DNA of 64,000 nucleotides, taken from assembly GCA_041659285.1 (NCBI GenBank), contig JBAZYO010000005.1, positions 83,188-147,187 on the forward strand, in the 5' to 3' direction. This DNA comes from Vicinamibacterales bacterium (GTDB lineage: Bacteria > Acidobacteriota > Vicinamibacteria > Vicinamibacterales > UBA2999). The notes under the pieces are model-generated. The model saw nothing but the letters and a program-made list of their open reading frames with translations, made no database searches and had not been told where the DNA came from. Positions 51,352 through 60,730 of this stretch are shown piece by piece. The stretch's first letter is position 1. Every line of letters begins with the position of its first letter. The position numbers and the translations under genes are program-made.

Positions 51352-53178
51352 TTAGTCTGATGCCCGTGAAATCTCGTCGGTTACCAGCCGCAGCGGGATC
51401 ACGGTGGACTGAGCCATGTTCTCCATCTGCACGTTGTGGCCCTTCACGGGCGGCAGATCCTGGAACATGACGTCCCACTTCCAGCGTTCCATGGGGTTGC
51501 TGGTCTTCAGCCAGTGTTCCGCGCTCACGGCGCGGTTGAACACGGTTTCGGTCAGGGTGGCGTACTCGGGACGGTTCACCAGGAACCTCGCCACGTCGGC
51601 GCGCACCTGCTGTGACGTCGTGTAGGTGTAGGGCAGGCCGAGGGCGGCGGCCACGCTGGTGAGAATCTGCCAGTCTTCCACCGCTTCGCCGGGCGCGTTG
51701 ATGGCCTTCGAGGCGGCCTGCACCATGCCCTGGTCGTTGGTGTAGGTGGCGTCTTTCTCGACCCACGCGGCGCCGGGCAACACCACGTCGGCGACCTTGG
51801 CGAGTTCCGTCTGCAGGACGCCCTGGTAGACGATGACCGGCACGCGGCCGGCCTTGCGGGCCTCGACCAGCCAGGTGAGGTCGCCCATCGAGCCGTCGGG
51901 CCCGGGGTCGAGCACATACAGGACCGCGACGCGATCCTGATCGATCGCGGTGCGCAGGGCCGAGAGGTCGGCGTCGCCGTCGCCAATCACGGCCAGGCCG
52001 AGGTCGCGGGCGCCGTTGACGTTGGGCGCGTCCACGGCGGCGACGCGGAACTTGGTGGTGGCGGGCTGCTGCTTCTCGGTGCGCCGCCACGCCACGTGCA
52101 CGTGCGAAGCGGCCGCCTCGCCCTTGAGGTCTTCGGCGAGGCGCTTGAGCAGGTACAGCTCTTCGTGCGAGGCATGGGCCGACGCCAGCATGCGCACCGA
52201 CGCCGGGTCCTTGCGGCCGGCCGCGTTGAGCAGGTCGCGCACGCGCATCAGCGCGTCCTTCCAGGTCGCGACCTGGTGCACGCCGTCCTTGGTGAGGATC
52301 ATCGGCTTGCGCAGGCGCTGGTCGCCTTCCACCCAGAGGTACTGGAAGCGGCCGATGTCGCACATCCAGAAGTCGTTGACCTGCGCGTTGTAGCGCGGCG
52401 TCATGCGGGCGAGGCGGGCGCCCTTCGCCCACTCCGGCTTGGCCTTGAGCCACGCGGTGGTACTGCAGCCCTTCGCGCAGAGCGTGCAGGTGGTGTCAAC
52501 GGCGTGCGGGTTGTCCCACGGCCGCGAGCGGAAGCGGTACTGCCTGGTGGTGATGGCGCCGACCGGGCAGACGTCCATCAGGTTGCCCGAGAGCAGCGAG
52601 TGGACGCCCTGTTCGTTGAAGGTCGCAATCTCGCTGCCGTTGCCGCGGTTGATGGTGCCGATCTGCGCGTCACCATCGACTTCCGCCATGAAGCGGCTGC
52701 AGCGCGTGCACAGGATGCAGCGGTTGCGGTTCAGCATCAGCGTCGGGCCGAAGTCGATGTCGGCCTTGACGCCCTCGCCGTCGAAGGTGCGGCGCGGGAA
52801 GTCCATGCGGCTGTGGTCGTTGCCGAACTGGTTCGAGAAGTCCTGCAGCGGGCACTCGCCGCCCTTGTCGCACACAGGGCAGTCGAGCGGGTGGTTGATC
52901 AGCAGGAACTCGAAGACGCCCTTGCGGCCTTCCACGGCCTCGGGGTCTTGCGTGTGCACCACCATGCCCTCGGCCACCGGCGTCGAGCACGACGTCTGCA
53001 GCTTGGCCATCTTCTCGATCTTCACGAGGCAGACGCGGCACGACGCGTCGATGCCGAGACCGGGGTGGTAGCAGTAATAGGGAACCTGGATGCCGGCCTC
53101 GATGGCGGCCTTGAGGACCGAGGTGCCCTTGGCGACGGACAACTGGCGGCCATCAATGGTCAGCGTGACGTTTTCCAT
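51352..53178 (-). CDS. nuoG: NuoG-like NADH dehydrogenase 75-kDa subunit (2Fe-2S/4Fe-4S, molybdopterin-oxidoreductase fold)
   Basis: 'VTLTIDGRQLSV', 'CYHPGLGIDASCRVCLV' and 'HPLDCPVCDKGGECPLQD'. ATG 53178 is preferred over 53256. Confidence 0.8.
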   Translation of the reverse strand: MENVTLTIDGRQLSVAKGTSVLKAAIEAGIQVPYYCYHPGLGIDASCRVCLVKIEKMAKLQTSCSTPVAEGMVVHTQDPEAVEGRKGVFEFLLINHPLDCPVCDKGGECPLQDFSNQFGNDHSRMDFPRRTFDGEGVKADIDFGPTLMLNRNRCILCTRCSRFMAEVDGDAQIGTINRGNGSEIATFNEQGVHSLLSGNLMDVCPVGAITTRQYRFRSRPWDNPHAVDTTCTLCAKGCSTTAWLKAKPEWAKGARLARMTPRYNAQVNDFWMCDIGRFQYLWVEGDQRLRKPMILTKDGVHQVATWKDALMRVRDLLNAAGRKDPASVRMLASAHASHEELYLLKRLAEDLKGEAAASHVHVAWRRTEKQQPATTKFRVAAVDAPNVNGARDLGLAVIGDGDADLSALRTAIDQDRVAVLYVLDPGPDGSMGDLTWLVEARKAGRVPVIVYQGVLQTELAKVADVVLPGAAWVEKDATYTNDQGMVQAASKAINAPGEAVEDWQILTSVAAALGLPYTYTTSQQVRADVARFLVNRPEYATLTETVFNRAVSAEHWLKTSNPMERWKWDVMFQDLPPVKGHNVQMENMAQSTVIPLRLVTDEISRASD

Positions 53179-53206
53179 GACCTTGGAATGATATCCCAGG
53201 GGGGCT

Positions 53207-53269
53207 GTAGCATCCGCCTTCAGGCGGATTTTCGCCCACGGGCAAGCTCCGGCCAAAGCCGGAGGCTAC
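53207..53269. repeat. inverted doublet of GTAG-capped hairpins with slightly different stems
   Basis: 'gtag ca tccgcc ttca ggcgga t' at 53207-53229 and, inverted, 'ctccggc caaa gccggag gctac' at 53247-53269. Confidence 0.7.
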
Positions 53270-53277
53270 AACAGGGC

Positions 53278-56139
53278 CTACCGTCGCTCTATGACCGCCA
53301 CCGCCCCGCCGTCCTGGTTGGTGTCTACCGACCGGAAGGCACCGGACAGGGGGAGCCGCTGCTCGGTGACCGCGTCGGAGACGATCACCAGGTGCTCGCT
53401 GGTCTTGCCGTCGGCGTAGGTCACCGTGACGGTCACCGGCACGTCGAACAGCTCGCCGGCCTGCTCGAACCGGACCAGCAGCTCCTGGCCCTCCTGGGTC
53501 GAGCTGAACCGCAGGTGGGGGAGTGACGAGTCGTAGACCCAGCGCTCGAAGAACCGGTCGAGGCTGCGGCCGCTTTCGGCTTCCATGGCCTTGCGCAGGT
53601 CGTCGGTGCCGGCCTTCTTGAACCGGTTGTCGGCGTAGTAGCGGCGCAGGCCGCGGAAGAACTGGTCGTCGCCGACGAAGCGGCGCAGCATGTGGAGCAC
53701 CGCGGCGCCCTTGTTGTAGAGCAGCGCGCGGAACACGCGGCTCTCGCCCTTGATGTGGCCGAGCCGGTAGCCGAGATAGATCGGGCCCTGGTCGGACTCA
53801 TCCATGCTCCAGCGCCGAAACTGGCGGAGGACGTCGCGGAAGGCGGCTTCACCCCGGCGCTCCTTCGCATACAGCGCCGCGAAATACTGCGCGAAGCCTT
53901 CGCTCAACCACTGCTCGTGGTAGTTCTTCCAGCCCACGGCCTGGCCGAACCACTGGTGCGCCAGCTCGTGCGCGAGGAAGAACTCGGGGAAGCCCTGGAA
54001 CGCCGCGGGGTCGTTGCGCCAGCTGTGGGCCACGATCGGCGGCGGGTTGTTGATCATCGCGAAGTAGCCGGGCGCGTGGCCGCCCGGGAACTCGTCTTCC
54101 ACCATGGCAATGGTGATGGTGTCGTACGGCACGTCACCGGTGATCGACGCATACAGCCGCATGATGTCGGCGCCCAGGGCCACGGTGTCGCGGCCCCTGG
54201 ATTCCTGCCGCTTGTTGGCCTCCACCGACATCCGCACCGTGTTGCGCGCGCCCACCGGCGGAACGGCGGTGAGCAGCGCCTGAAGCCGCATGATCTGCTG
54301 CGCCAGCGTGTCGGCGGGCACCGACAGCGCCTGGCTGCGCGCCGGCGCCCGGGTGTCGATGTCGAGCGCCACGGTGGCGGCGTCGACGCGGTTCATCCGG
54401 CTCACCAGCAACGACAGGTAGCGCAGCGGCTGCGGCGAGTTGAAGGTGTAGGAGACCCGCGGCACCGAGCGCCCGGACCCTTCGAGGATGGCGGGCTCGG
54501 CCGGCGACGGCGACCCGGATTCGAGCACGCCCGAGGCGACCACGGCGTACTCGGCCGGCACGGTGATGCGCATGCGCGCGCTGGCGAAGTCGGTGACCTG
54601 CGCCTGCGGATGCCAGTAGCTGCGGTTGCTCAACAACCACTTGGGCTCCGCCGGCGCAAACGGCACATCGTCTGGTTGCGTGTTGCGCTGCTCCACCGTC
54701 GCGGCTGGCGCCTCCGCCGCTATGGCGGACAGGTCGCGCGACTTGTCCGTCGTAGCGTCGGCGTCTCCAGACGCGAAGACGGACTCATCTTGCATGCCCT
54801 GGCGCGGGATGCGGCCCGAGTAGGCGATGGTCAGCGTGAGCGGGAAGTCGCGCGACACCGGCGACGGCAGGTTGACGAGCACGCTGTTCTGGTTGCGCAC
54901 GCGGAGGAACAACAGGCGCCCGAATTCGTCGCTGGTCACCGACGACACGTTCAGCGTGTCGGCGAAGCGCAGCGTGAGCACGCCCAGCGCGTGCGACTTG
55001 ACGCGCAGCTTGATGCGCGTGCGGCCCTCCATCCATTCGCGTTCGGGAATGAACTGCGCGTCCACGTCGTAGTCGGTGACGTCGTAGTCAATCAGGTCGT
55101 CTTCGTCGTAGAAGCGGCCACGGCTGGCCAGCTTCTGCTCCGAGGCGTAGGCGGAGATGTTGCGCCGGCTGGCGCGCTGGAACACCGAGACGTCTTCGGG
55201 CTCGCCGCTCGAACGCGCGTAGGTGAGCGCGTTGAACCGCCGCGTGCGCACCTCGGCGACGAAGTCGCCGGGCTGCGGCAGCAGCGACCACACGTCGCGG
55301 CTCAAGTCGCTCAAGTCGAGGTTGAACGACTTGGCGACGTCCTCGTCGAAGATCGCCTGGCCGCGGCGCAGCGCGCGCGGATCCACGGGCACCGGCGTCA
55401 GCACGTCCGCGGCCACTCGCTGCTCGAACTCGAACGGGCTGATCCGCACGAACGCCATGGTGAAGGGCGTCTCGAGCGTTTCGGACCCGGCGAAGATGCG
55501 CAGCTGGCCCTTCTCTTCTTTCGGCGCCGGCTCGAACACCATGCTGCCCTCGCCGACCAGCACGAGCGCGGTCACGCCTTCGGCGGTTTCCGCCACGAAC
55601 ACGTCACCTTCGGGCAGCCGCAGCGTGAAGTCCACGGCCACCAGCACCAGGTTGCGCGCGCTGTACTGCTTCTCCGCCTCCAGCGCCAGGCGGTGCAGGC
55701 CCTCGATGGACGCGAGCCGGTCTTCGCTGATGATGCGCCACGGCTGCGACCCGATGTCGTCGCCGCGCGGCCGCCGGATGTCGAGCCGCCACGTCGCGAT
55801 GCGCCCGCGACGTCCGGTTTCCTGGAACACCTCGATCACGAGGCGATAGCCTTCGCCCGGCAGCGAGCCCGGCAGCGGCGATCGATCCCGCTCCTTGACG
55901 ACGACGCGGGTGATGCCCTGGGGGACCATGGCGTCGAAAAACTGGAGGGACTGTTCGCGGTCGGCGGCGGGCGACAGCAAGGCCGTCCAGCGGTCGCGGT
56001 CCATGGTCGAGATGGCGGTTTCCACCGCCTGCATGAACGCCTGCAGAGACAGTCCTTCAGCGCCTTGTGCCCGGGCGGGCACTTGTCCCGCGAACGCGGG
56101 CGCGGAGGCGAGAACGATCAAGGCAACGAAGAGGCGCAT
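53278..56139 (-). CDS. M1 family zinc metallopeptidase (aminopeptidase N-like), secreted
   Basis: 'HELAHQWFGQAVGWKNYHEQWLSEGFAQY' (HExxH-x18-E). Signal peptide 'MRLFVALIVLASAPAFA'. Confidence 0.85.
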   Translation of the reverse strand: MRLFVALIVLASAPAFAGQVPARAQGAEGLSLQAFMQAVETAISTMDRDRWTALLSPAADREQSLQFFDAMVPQGITRVVVKERDRSPLPGSLPGEGYRLVIEVFQETGRRGRIATWRLDIRRPRGDDIGSQPWRIISEDRLASIEGLHRLALEAEKQYSARNLVLVAVDFTLRLPEGDVFVAETAEGVTALVLVGEGSMVFEPAPKEEKGQLRIFAGSETLETPFTMAFVRISPFEFEQRVAADVLTPVPVDPRALRRGQAIFDEDVAKSFNLDLSDLSRDVWSLLPQPGDFVAEVRTRRFNALTYARSSGEPEDVSVFQRASRRNISAYASEQKLASRGRFYDEDDLIDYDVTDYDVDAQFIPEREWMEGRTRIKLRVKSHALGVLTLRFADTLNVSSVTSDEFGRLLFLRVRNQNSVLVNLPSPVSRDFPLTLTIAYSGRIPRQGMQDESVFASGDADATTDKSRDLSAIAAEAPAATVEQRNTQPDDVPFAPAEPKWLLSNRSYWHPQAQVTDFASARMRITVPAEYAVVASGVLESGSPSPAEPAILEGSGRSVPRVSYTFNSPQPLRYLSLLVSRMNRVDAATVALDIDTRAPARSQALSVPADTLAQQIMRLQALLTAVPPVGARNTVRMSVEANKRQESRGRDTVALGADIMRLYASITGDVPYDTITIAMVEDEFPGGHAPGYFAMINNPPPIVAHSWRNDPAAFQGFPEFFLAHELAHQWFGQAVGWKNYHEQWLSEGFAQYFAALYAKERRGEAAFRDVLRQFRRWSMDESDQGPIYLGYRLGHIKGESRVFRALLYNKGAAVLHMLRRFVGDDQFFRGLRRYYADNRFKKAGTDDLRKAMEAESGRSLDRFFERWVYDSSLPHLRFSSTQEGQELLVRFEQAGELFDVPVTVTVTYADGKTSEHLVIVSDAVTEQRLPLSGAFRSVDTNQDGGAVAVIERR

Positions 56140-56220
56140 TTCAGCCGGACCTTCAAGCCCAATTAGACGCCGAAGGGGCGAATCCGGCTATCGGAATGTG
56201 GCTTGGAAGTCCGATTCCGT

Positions 56221-57384
56221 CTACGCGAGCCTGCTCAGCACCAGCACGGTGAGGTCGTCGGCGAGCCGCTGGTCGCGGCGGTGGCGCTCGACCGCGTCGA
56301 ACACCGCACGCCCCAGGTCGCCTGCCGCGGCTTGCTGATACGCGCCCGCATACAGCGCCAGGGTGCGTTCGAGCCCGGCCTCGTCGAATGGCGTGCCGTC
56401 GGGGCTTTCCGCCTCGGTGAGGCCGTCGCTATACATCAGCAGCGCGTCACCGGGGTTGAGCTGGACTTCTCCGGATTCGTAGGTGCTGCCTTCGAACATG
56501 CCCAGGGCGACGCCGCCGCTCATCAACCGCTCGATCGAGCCATTTTGCCGGCGGAGCAGGGGAGGTGTCTGGCCGGCGTTCACAAATTCGAGACGGCCGG
56601 TCGCCGGGGTGTATGACCCGAGAAACAACGTGATGAATCGCGACGCCGGCGCGTGCCGGGCCACCTGCAGGTTGAGGCGCTTGACCAGCGCGGGCAGCGG
56701 CAGGCCTTCGTCCGCCAGCGTGCGCAGGATGGCGAGCAGCAGCGCCATAAGCAGGGCCGCGGGGCTGGCCTTGCCCGCCACGTCCCCGAGCGCCACCAGC
56801 ACCGTGCCGTCCGGTTGCGGCAGGATGTCGTAGAAGTCGCCGCCCACGGTGTTGGCGGGCTTGGTGAGGCCGAACGCCTCCACGCCCGGGCCCGACCACG
56901 TGCCTTCGGGCAGCATCGCCTGCTGAATCTCGCGCGCCACTTCGAGGTCGCGCTTGAGCGAGAGGCGGTCGGCCACTTCCAGCAGCACCAGCAGGTTCAT
57001 CAGCAGGAAGCCGCCGAGCAGCCACAGGGTGCCGTCGCTGAACAGCGGCGCCGGCACGCGGATGTGAACGAAGAAGAGCGCAATCGGGATCGGCACGCTC
57101 ATCAAGCCGAACCCGCGAAAGAGCTGCAGCAGGCCAATTACCGAGAGACCCAGCGCCACACCGTACATCAGCCGGCGGGCGGGCGACAGCCGCATGGTGA
57201 ACGCCAGGAAGAACCCCTGCGCGTACTTGACCGCCTTCTTGTACCAAGGCAGGCCCTCGAGCTCCGCGGTGTTGATGCCCTTGGCGAAGAAGTGGTAGGC
57301 CTCCGGCGTTTCGCGCGTGAACAGCTTCCCCAGCTCCTCGGACGTGAGGTCGTGGGTGTAGCGGCGGAAGAACGCCTTGGGCAT
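56221..57384 (-). CDS. membrane-anchored PP2C/SpoIIE-type phosphatase
   Basis: TM segments followed by 'REIQQAMLP' and 'VLVALGDVAGKASPAALLM...DDLTVLVL'. Confidence 0.8.
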   Translation of the reverse strand: MPKAFFRRYTHDLTSEELGKLFTRETPEAYHFFAKGINTAELEGLPWYKKAVKYAQGFFLAFTMRLSPARRLMYGVALGLSVIGLLQLFRGFGLMSVPIPIALFFVHIRVPAPLFSDGTLWLLGGFLLMNLLVLLEVADRLSLKRDLEVAREIQQAMLPEGTWSGPGVEAFGLTKPANTVGGDFYDILPQPDGTVLVALGDVAGKASPAALLMALLLAILRTLADEGLPLPALVKRLNLQVARHAPASRFITLFLGSYTPATGRLEFVNAGQTPPLLRRQNGSIERLMSGGVALGMFEGSTYESGEVQLNPGDALLMYSDGLTEAESPDGTPFDEAGLERTLALYAGAYQQAAAGDLGRAVFDAVERHRRDQRLADDLTVLVLSRLA

Positions 57385-57402
57385 CAGCTCTTATCTCGGA
57401 CG

Positions 57403-58587
57403 TTAGTTGATCACGCCGAGTTCCCTGCCGACCTTGGCGAACATGTCCAGGGCGTACTGCAGGTCGGCCTTGGTGTGGGTGGCGGCCACAATCGTGCGCA
57501 AGCGGGCCTTGTCGCGGGCCACGGTCGGGAAGCCGATGCTCTGGGCGAACACACCCTGCGCAAACAGGGCGTCCGACATGCGCGCCGCGGTGGCCGCCTC
57601 GCCGACAATCACCGGCGTGATCGGGCTTTCGCTGAGGCCGGTGTTGAAGCCGAGCTGTTCGAGGCCCGCCTTGAAAAAGCGGGTGTTGTCCCACAGCTGC
57701 TCGATCCACTGCGGCTCGCTTTCCAGCACGTCGAGGGCGGCAATGCACGCGGCGGTGACCGCCGGCGGATGCGAGGTCGAGAACAGGAACGGCCGCGCGC
57801 GGTGGTAGAGGAACTCGATCAGGGTCTTGGTGCCGGCGACGTAGCCGCCGAGCACGCCAACGGCCTTCGACAGCGTGCCGACCTGGATGTCCACGCGCCC
57901 GTGGCACTTGAAATGGTCCACGGTGCCGCTGCCGTTCTTTCCGAACACGCCACTGGCGTGCGCGTCGTCCACCATCATGATGGCGCCGTACTCTTCCGCG
58001 ATCGTGCACAGCCCGGGCAACGGGCCCAGGTCGCCTTCCATCGAGAACACGCCGTCGGTGATCAGGATCTTGCGCTGCGACGTGGGCAGGTCCTTCAGGA
58101 TCTTGCGGGCGGCGTCGACGTCCTTGTGTGGGAACACCTTGATGGCGGCGCGGCTCAAGCGGCAGCCGTCGATGATGCTGGCGTGGTTCAATTCATCCGA
58201 GATCACCACGTCATCCTTGGTGAGCACCGCCGACACGGTGCCGGCGTTGGCGGAGAAACCGCTCTGGAACACCACCACCGCCTCGACGTGCTTGAACTCG
58301 GCCAGCCGGCGCTCGAGCTCCATGTGCATTTCCATGGTGCCCGAGATGGTGCGCACGGCCCCGGAGCCGACGCCGTACTTGGCCACCGCGTCGAGCGCGG
58401 CCTGCTTCAGCCGGGGATGCGTGGCCAGGCCCAGGTAGTTGTTCGACGACAGGTTGACGACCGACTTGTGATCGAACGTGGCGTGGGCGGCCGGCTCGCC
58501 TTCAAGGATGCGAAGCTTGCGGTAGAGGCCTTGCTCCTTGAGAGCGGTCAGTTCGGCGTTCAGGTATGAAAGGGGATCAGGGCGCAT
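57403..58587 (-). CDS. kbl: glycine C-acetyltransferase / 2-amino-3-ketobutyrate CoA ligase (alpha-oxoamine synthase family)
   Basis: 'NLSSNNYLGL', 'ISDELNHASIIDG' and 'GTLSKA' (PLP lysine). Confidence 0.8.
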   Translation of the reverse strand: MRPDPLSYLNAELTALKEQGLYRKLRILEGEPAAHATFDHKSVVNLSSNNYLGLATHPRLKQAALDAVAKYGVGSGAVRTISGTMEMHMELERRLAEFKHVEAVVVFQSGFSANAGTVSAVLTKDDVVISDELNHASIIDGCRLSRAAIKVFPHKDVDAARKILKDLPTSQRKILITDGVFSMEGDLGPLPGLCTIAEEYGAIMMVDDAHASGVFGKNGSGTVDHFKCHGRVDIQVGTLSKAVGVLGGYVAGTKTLIEFLYHRARPFLFSTSHPPAVTAACIAALDVLESEPQWIEQLWDNTRFFKAGLEQLGFNTGLSESPITPVIVGEAATAARMSDALFAQGVFAQSIGFPTVARDKARLRTIVAATHTKADLQYALDMFAKVGRELGVIN

Positions 58588-58629
58588 ATGGATTCTGCCG
58601 GGAACCGGGAGTCGGGAGTCGGAAGCCGA

Positions 58630-60714
58630 TTACGGTAATGCAAACAGTGTATCGCCGTCCGGGAACTGTTCGAGCATCCGCGCGGCGTGGGCCGTGAGCC
58701 ACGCGCGCACGGTTTCGGCGTCGGCCGGGGTGGCGAAGGCGTTCGTGTGCAAGACGACGTGCGTGCTGCCGGAGCCGGTCAGGGCCTGCCACGACGCCTC
58801 CGGATCGGTGGTGACCCTCTGGAGCCGCGCCACCAGGACCTTGTAGGCCGGGGGGAAGTTGCCGCTGTAGCCGTTGGTGATCGGCTTCCAGTGCGCGGCC
58901 GAGTAGTAGACGTAACGAATTTCCCAGGCCGCGTCGCCGAACGGAAACTCGGTGATCGCCGAACCGGCCGGCAGCGCGGCCACCCTGGCATACACCGGCG
59001 GTGCTTGGGCCGCGGGGACCACGCGCGCCGGGGGCATGGCTTCGTTCTGCGCCCAGGTGCGGTTCATCTCCATGGGGATCGCGGCGCCTTCGAGAAGGAT
59101 CAGCAGGGCGACCACCACCGTCAGTGCGAGGGGTCTGACCCCGAGAGGGATGTGCCGAGGGGTCTGACCCCTTCGCGCCATCCCGTACCCGGCCATCACC
59201 GCGAGGAACAACCCGGCGAGCATGGCGTAACGCGCCGGCACGCGCACGCCGTTGAAGCCGGGGACGTAGTCGTAGAGCACGCGGTACAGGCCGAAGCCCG
59301 AGAGGTGGACCTCGCCGGCGTTGGGCAGCGGACCGAGCGACAGCCACATGGCGAGCACCGTCGCCATGGCAAAGAACACGAGCGGCGAGCGCGCCGCCCG
59401 CGCGGCGGTGGCTCGCGCGCGGAGCGAGGCCGCCAGCAACAACAGCGCCGCGGCCAGCAACTGCAGCAACAGCCGCTGCGGGGTGCGGGCACGGATGGTG
59501 ACGCCGAGCACGTCGAGATCGAACCCGCCAAACACCAGGGCGGCGACCACGCCCACCAACTGCGTCACGACGGCGACAGCGAGCACCCAGGTCAAGATGC
59601 GGCGCCACCGCGAAGGGGTCAGACCCCTCGGCACTTCCTGCTCGGGGTCTGACCCCGGCACCCGTGGGGTCTGACCCCGAGCAAGAGTTGCCGAGGGGTC
59701 TGACCCCTTCGTACCAATCAGCAACCCGACGATCCCAATCGCAGCGAGGATCCACGGCACGAAACCAAGAAACGTTTCCCCCTCACCGTGCGGGTAGTAG
59801 CGCAGCGCCTTGCCGAACAACCACAGGTTTTCGGACGCGGTCACATACGACCAGACGTTGGCCGAGAACTGGACCACTTCTCCGAACGGGCGCTCGAAGC
59901 CGAACAGCTGCTGCGACTTCGTATACGGCAGCAGAAAGGGGAGTGTCAGCGCCATGGTCGCCCCGGCGGCGGCGACCAGGCCGATCCAGATCCGGGCATC
60001 CGCAAGTTTCTTCGCCGCCCACATGCGATGGACGACGAACAGTGGCGCGAACGGCGCGAAGTAGAGCAGGTAGTAACCGCAGGACCAGTTCTGCATCACG
60101 AGCGCGAAGGTTCCGCCCGCGAGTGCTCTGCGCGATCCCGCCTTCGCTCGAACGCCGTCAGTCGAGCTACGGCGGGGCAAGCCGCCTGTCACAAACCGAT
60201 TCAAGCCGTACAGCGCGAACGGCATCCACTGCGAGCTCATCACCTGGATGTGAGGCACCGACGCGATGCGGTACGGGAGGAAGCCGTAGACCAGCCCGGC
60301 AATGAAGGCGGACCGGCGATCGCCGGTCAGATCCCGGACCAGCAGGTAGGTGCCGAACGCCGACAGCACGAACGTCGAGAGGAACAACAGGTTGTAGCAG
60401 AGGATGATGTTGCCGGTGATCCAGTAGACCGGGAGGATCTGCAACACCTGGCCGAACAGGTGCTCCGACATCGTCAGCGCCAGCGGCGCGGGATGAAAGA
60501 TGTTGGCGTCCCAGAACTGCTGCCAGCCCATGCCGCCGGTCAGCAGGCCGGGGAGGTGCTGCGCGCCCCACGCCAGGATCCACATGTTGAGCAGCGAGTC
60601 GCCGAGGTCGCCGGGCACGTCGCGCCCGAGGCCGGCGGCGAGGGGCCAGGTCAGCACGAGCGCAATCACGGAATACGTAAGAAACGCAAAAAAGGAAGCA
60701 GGTTCCCTTTTCAC
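58630..60714 (-). CDS. large polytopic membrane protein, GT-C-like (ArnT/PMT/YfhO-like) glycosyltransferase candidate
   Basis: Many TM segments. N-terminal 'WPLAAGLGRDVPGDLGDSLLNMWILAWG...FWDANIFHP'. Start uncertain: GTG 60714 avoids overlap with the upstream gene, and the ORF extends to 60813. Confidence 0.6.
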   Translation of the reverse strand: MKREPASFFAFLTYSVIALVLTWPLAAGLGRDVPGDLGDSLLNMWILAWGAQHLPGLLTGGMGWQQFWDANIFHPAPLALTMSEHLFGQVLQILPVYWITGNIILCYNLLFLSTFVLSAFGTYLLVRDLTGDRRSAFIAGLVYGFLPYRIASVPHIQVMSSQWMPFALYGLNRFVTGGLPRRSSTDGVRAKAGSRRALAGGTFALVMQNWSCGYYLLYFAPFAPLFVVHRMWAAKKLADARIWIGLVAAAGATMALTLPFLLPYTKSQQLFGFERPFGEVVQFSANVWSYVTASENLWLFGKALRYYPHGEGETFLGFVPWILAAIGIVGLLIGTKGSDPSATLARGQTPRVPGSDPEQEVPRGLTPSRWRRILTWVLAVAVVTQLVGVVAALVFGGFDLDVLGVTIRARTPQRLLLQLLAAALLLLAASLRARATAARAARSPLVFFAMATVLAMWLSLGPLPNAGEVHLSGFGLYRVLYDYVPGFNGVRVPARYAMLAGLFLAVMAGYGMARRGQTPRHIPLGVRPLALTVVVALLILLEGAAIPMEMNRTWAQNEAMPPARVVPAAQAPPVYARVAALPAGSAITEFPFGDAAWEIRYVYYSAAHWKPITNGYSGNFPPAYKVLVARLQRVTTDPEASWQALTGSGSTHVVLHTNAFATPADAETVRAWLTAHAARMLEQFPDGDTLFALP
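59130..59171. repeat. two copies of the palindrome GGGGTCTGACCCC inside the membrane-protein ORF
   Basis: Copies at 59130-59142 and 59159-59171. Confidence 0.85.
59611..59711. repeat. four copies of the palindrome GGGGTC(T/A)GACCCC inside the membrane-protein ORF
   Basis: Copies at 59615-59627 (central A), 59644-59656, 59666-59678 and 59695-59707. The outer 21-mers 'cgaaggggtcagacccctcgg' and 'ccgaggggtctgaccccttcg' are reverse complements. Confidence 0.85.
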
Positions 60715-60730
60715 GGTCGCGCGCGAATCG

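Noticed and set aside
50696-58569. Long alternative-frame or antisense ORFs (50696..52453 -, 52096..53526 +, 53692..56166 +, 56447..58009 -, 56653..58569 +)
   Set aside because: Each overlaps a gene with strong family motifs (ccdA, nuoG-like, M1 peptidase, PP2C, kbl). Their compositions are typical GC-rich shadow ORFs.
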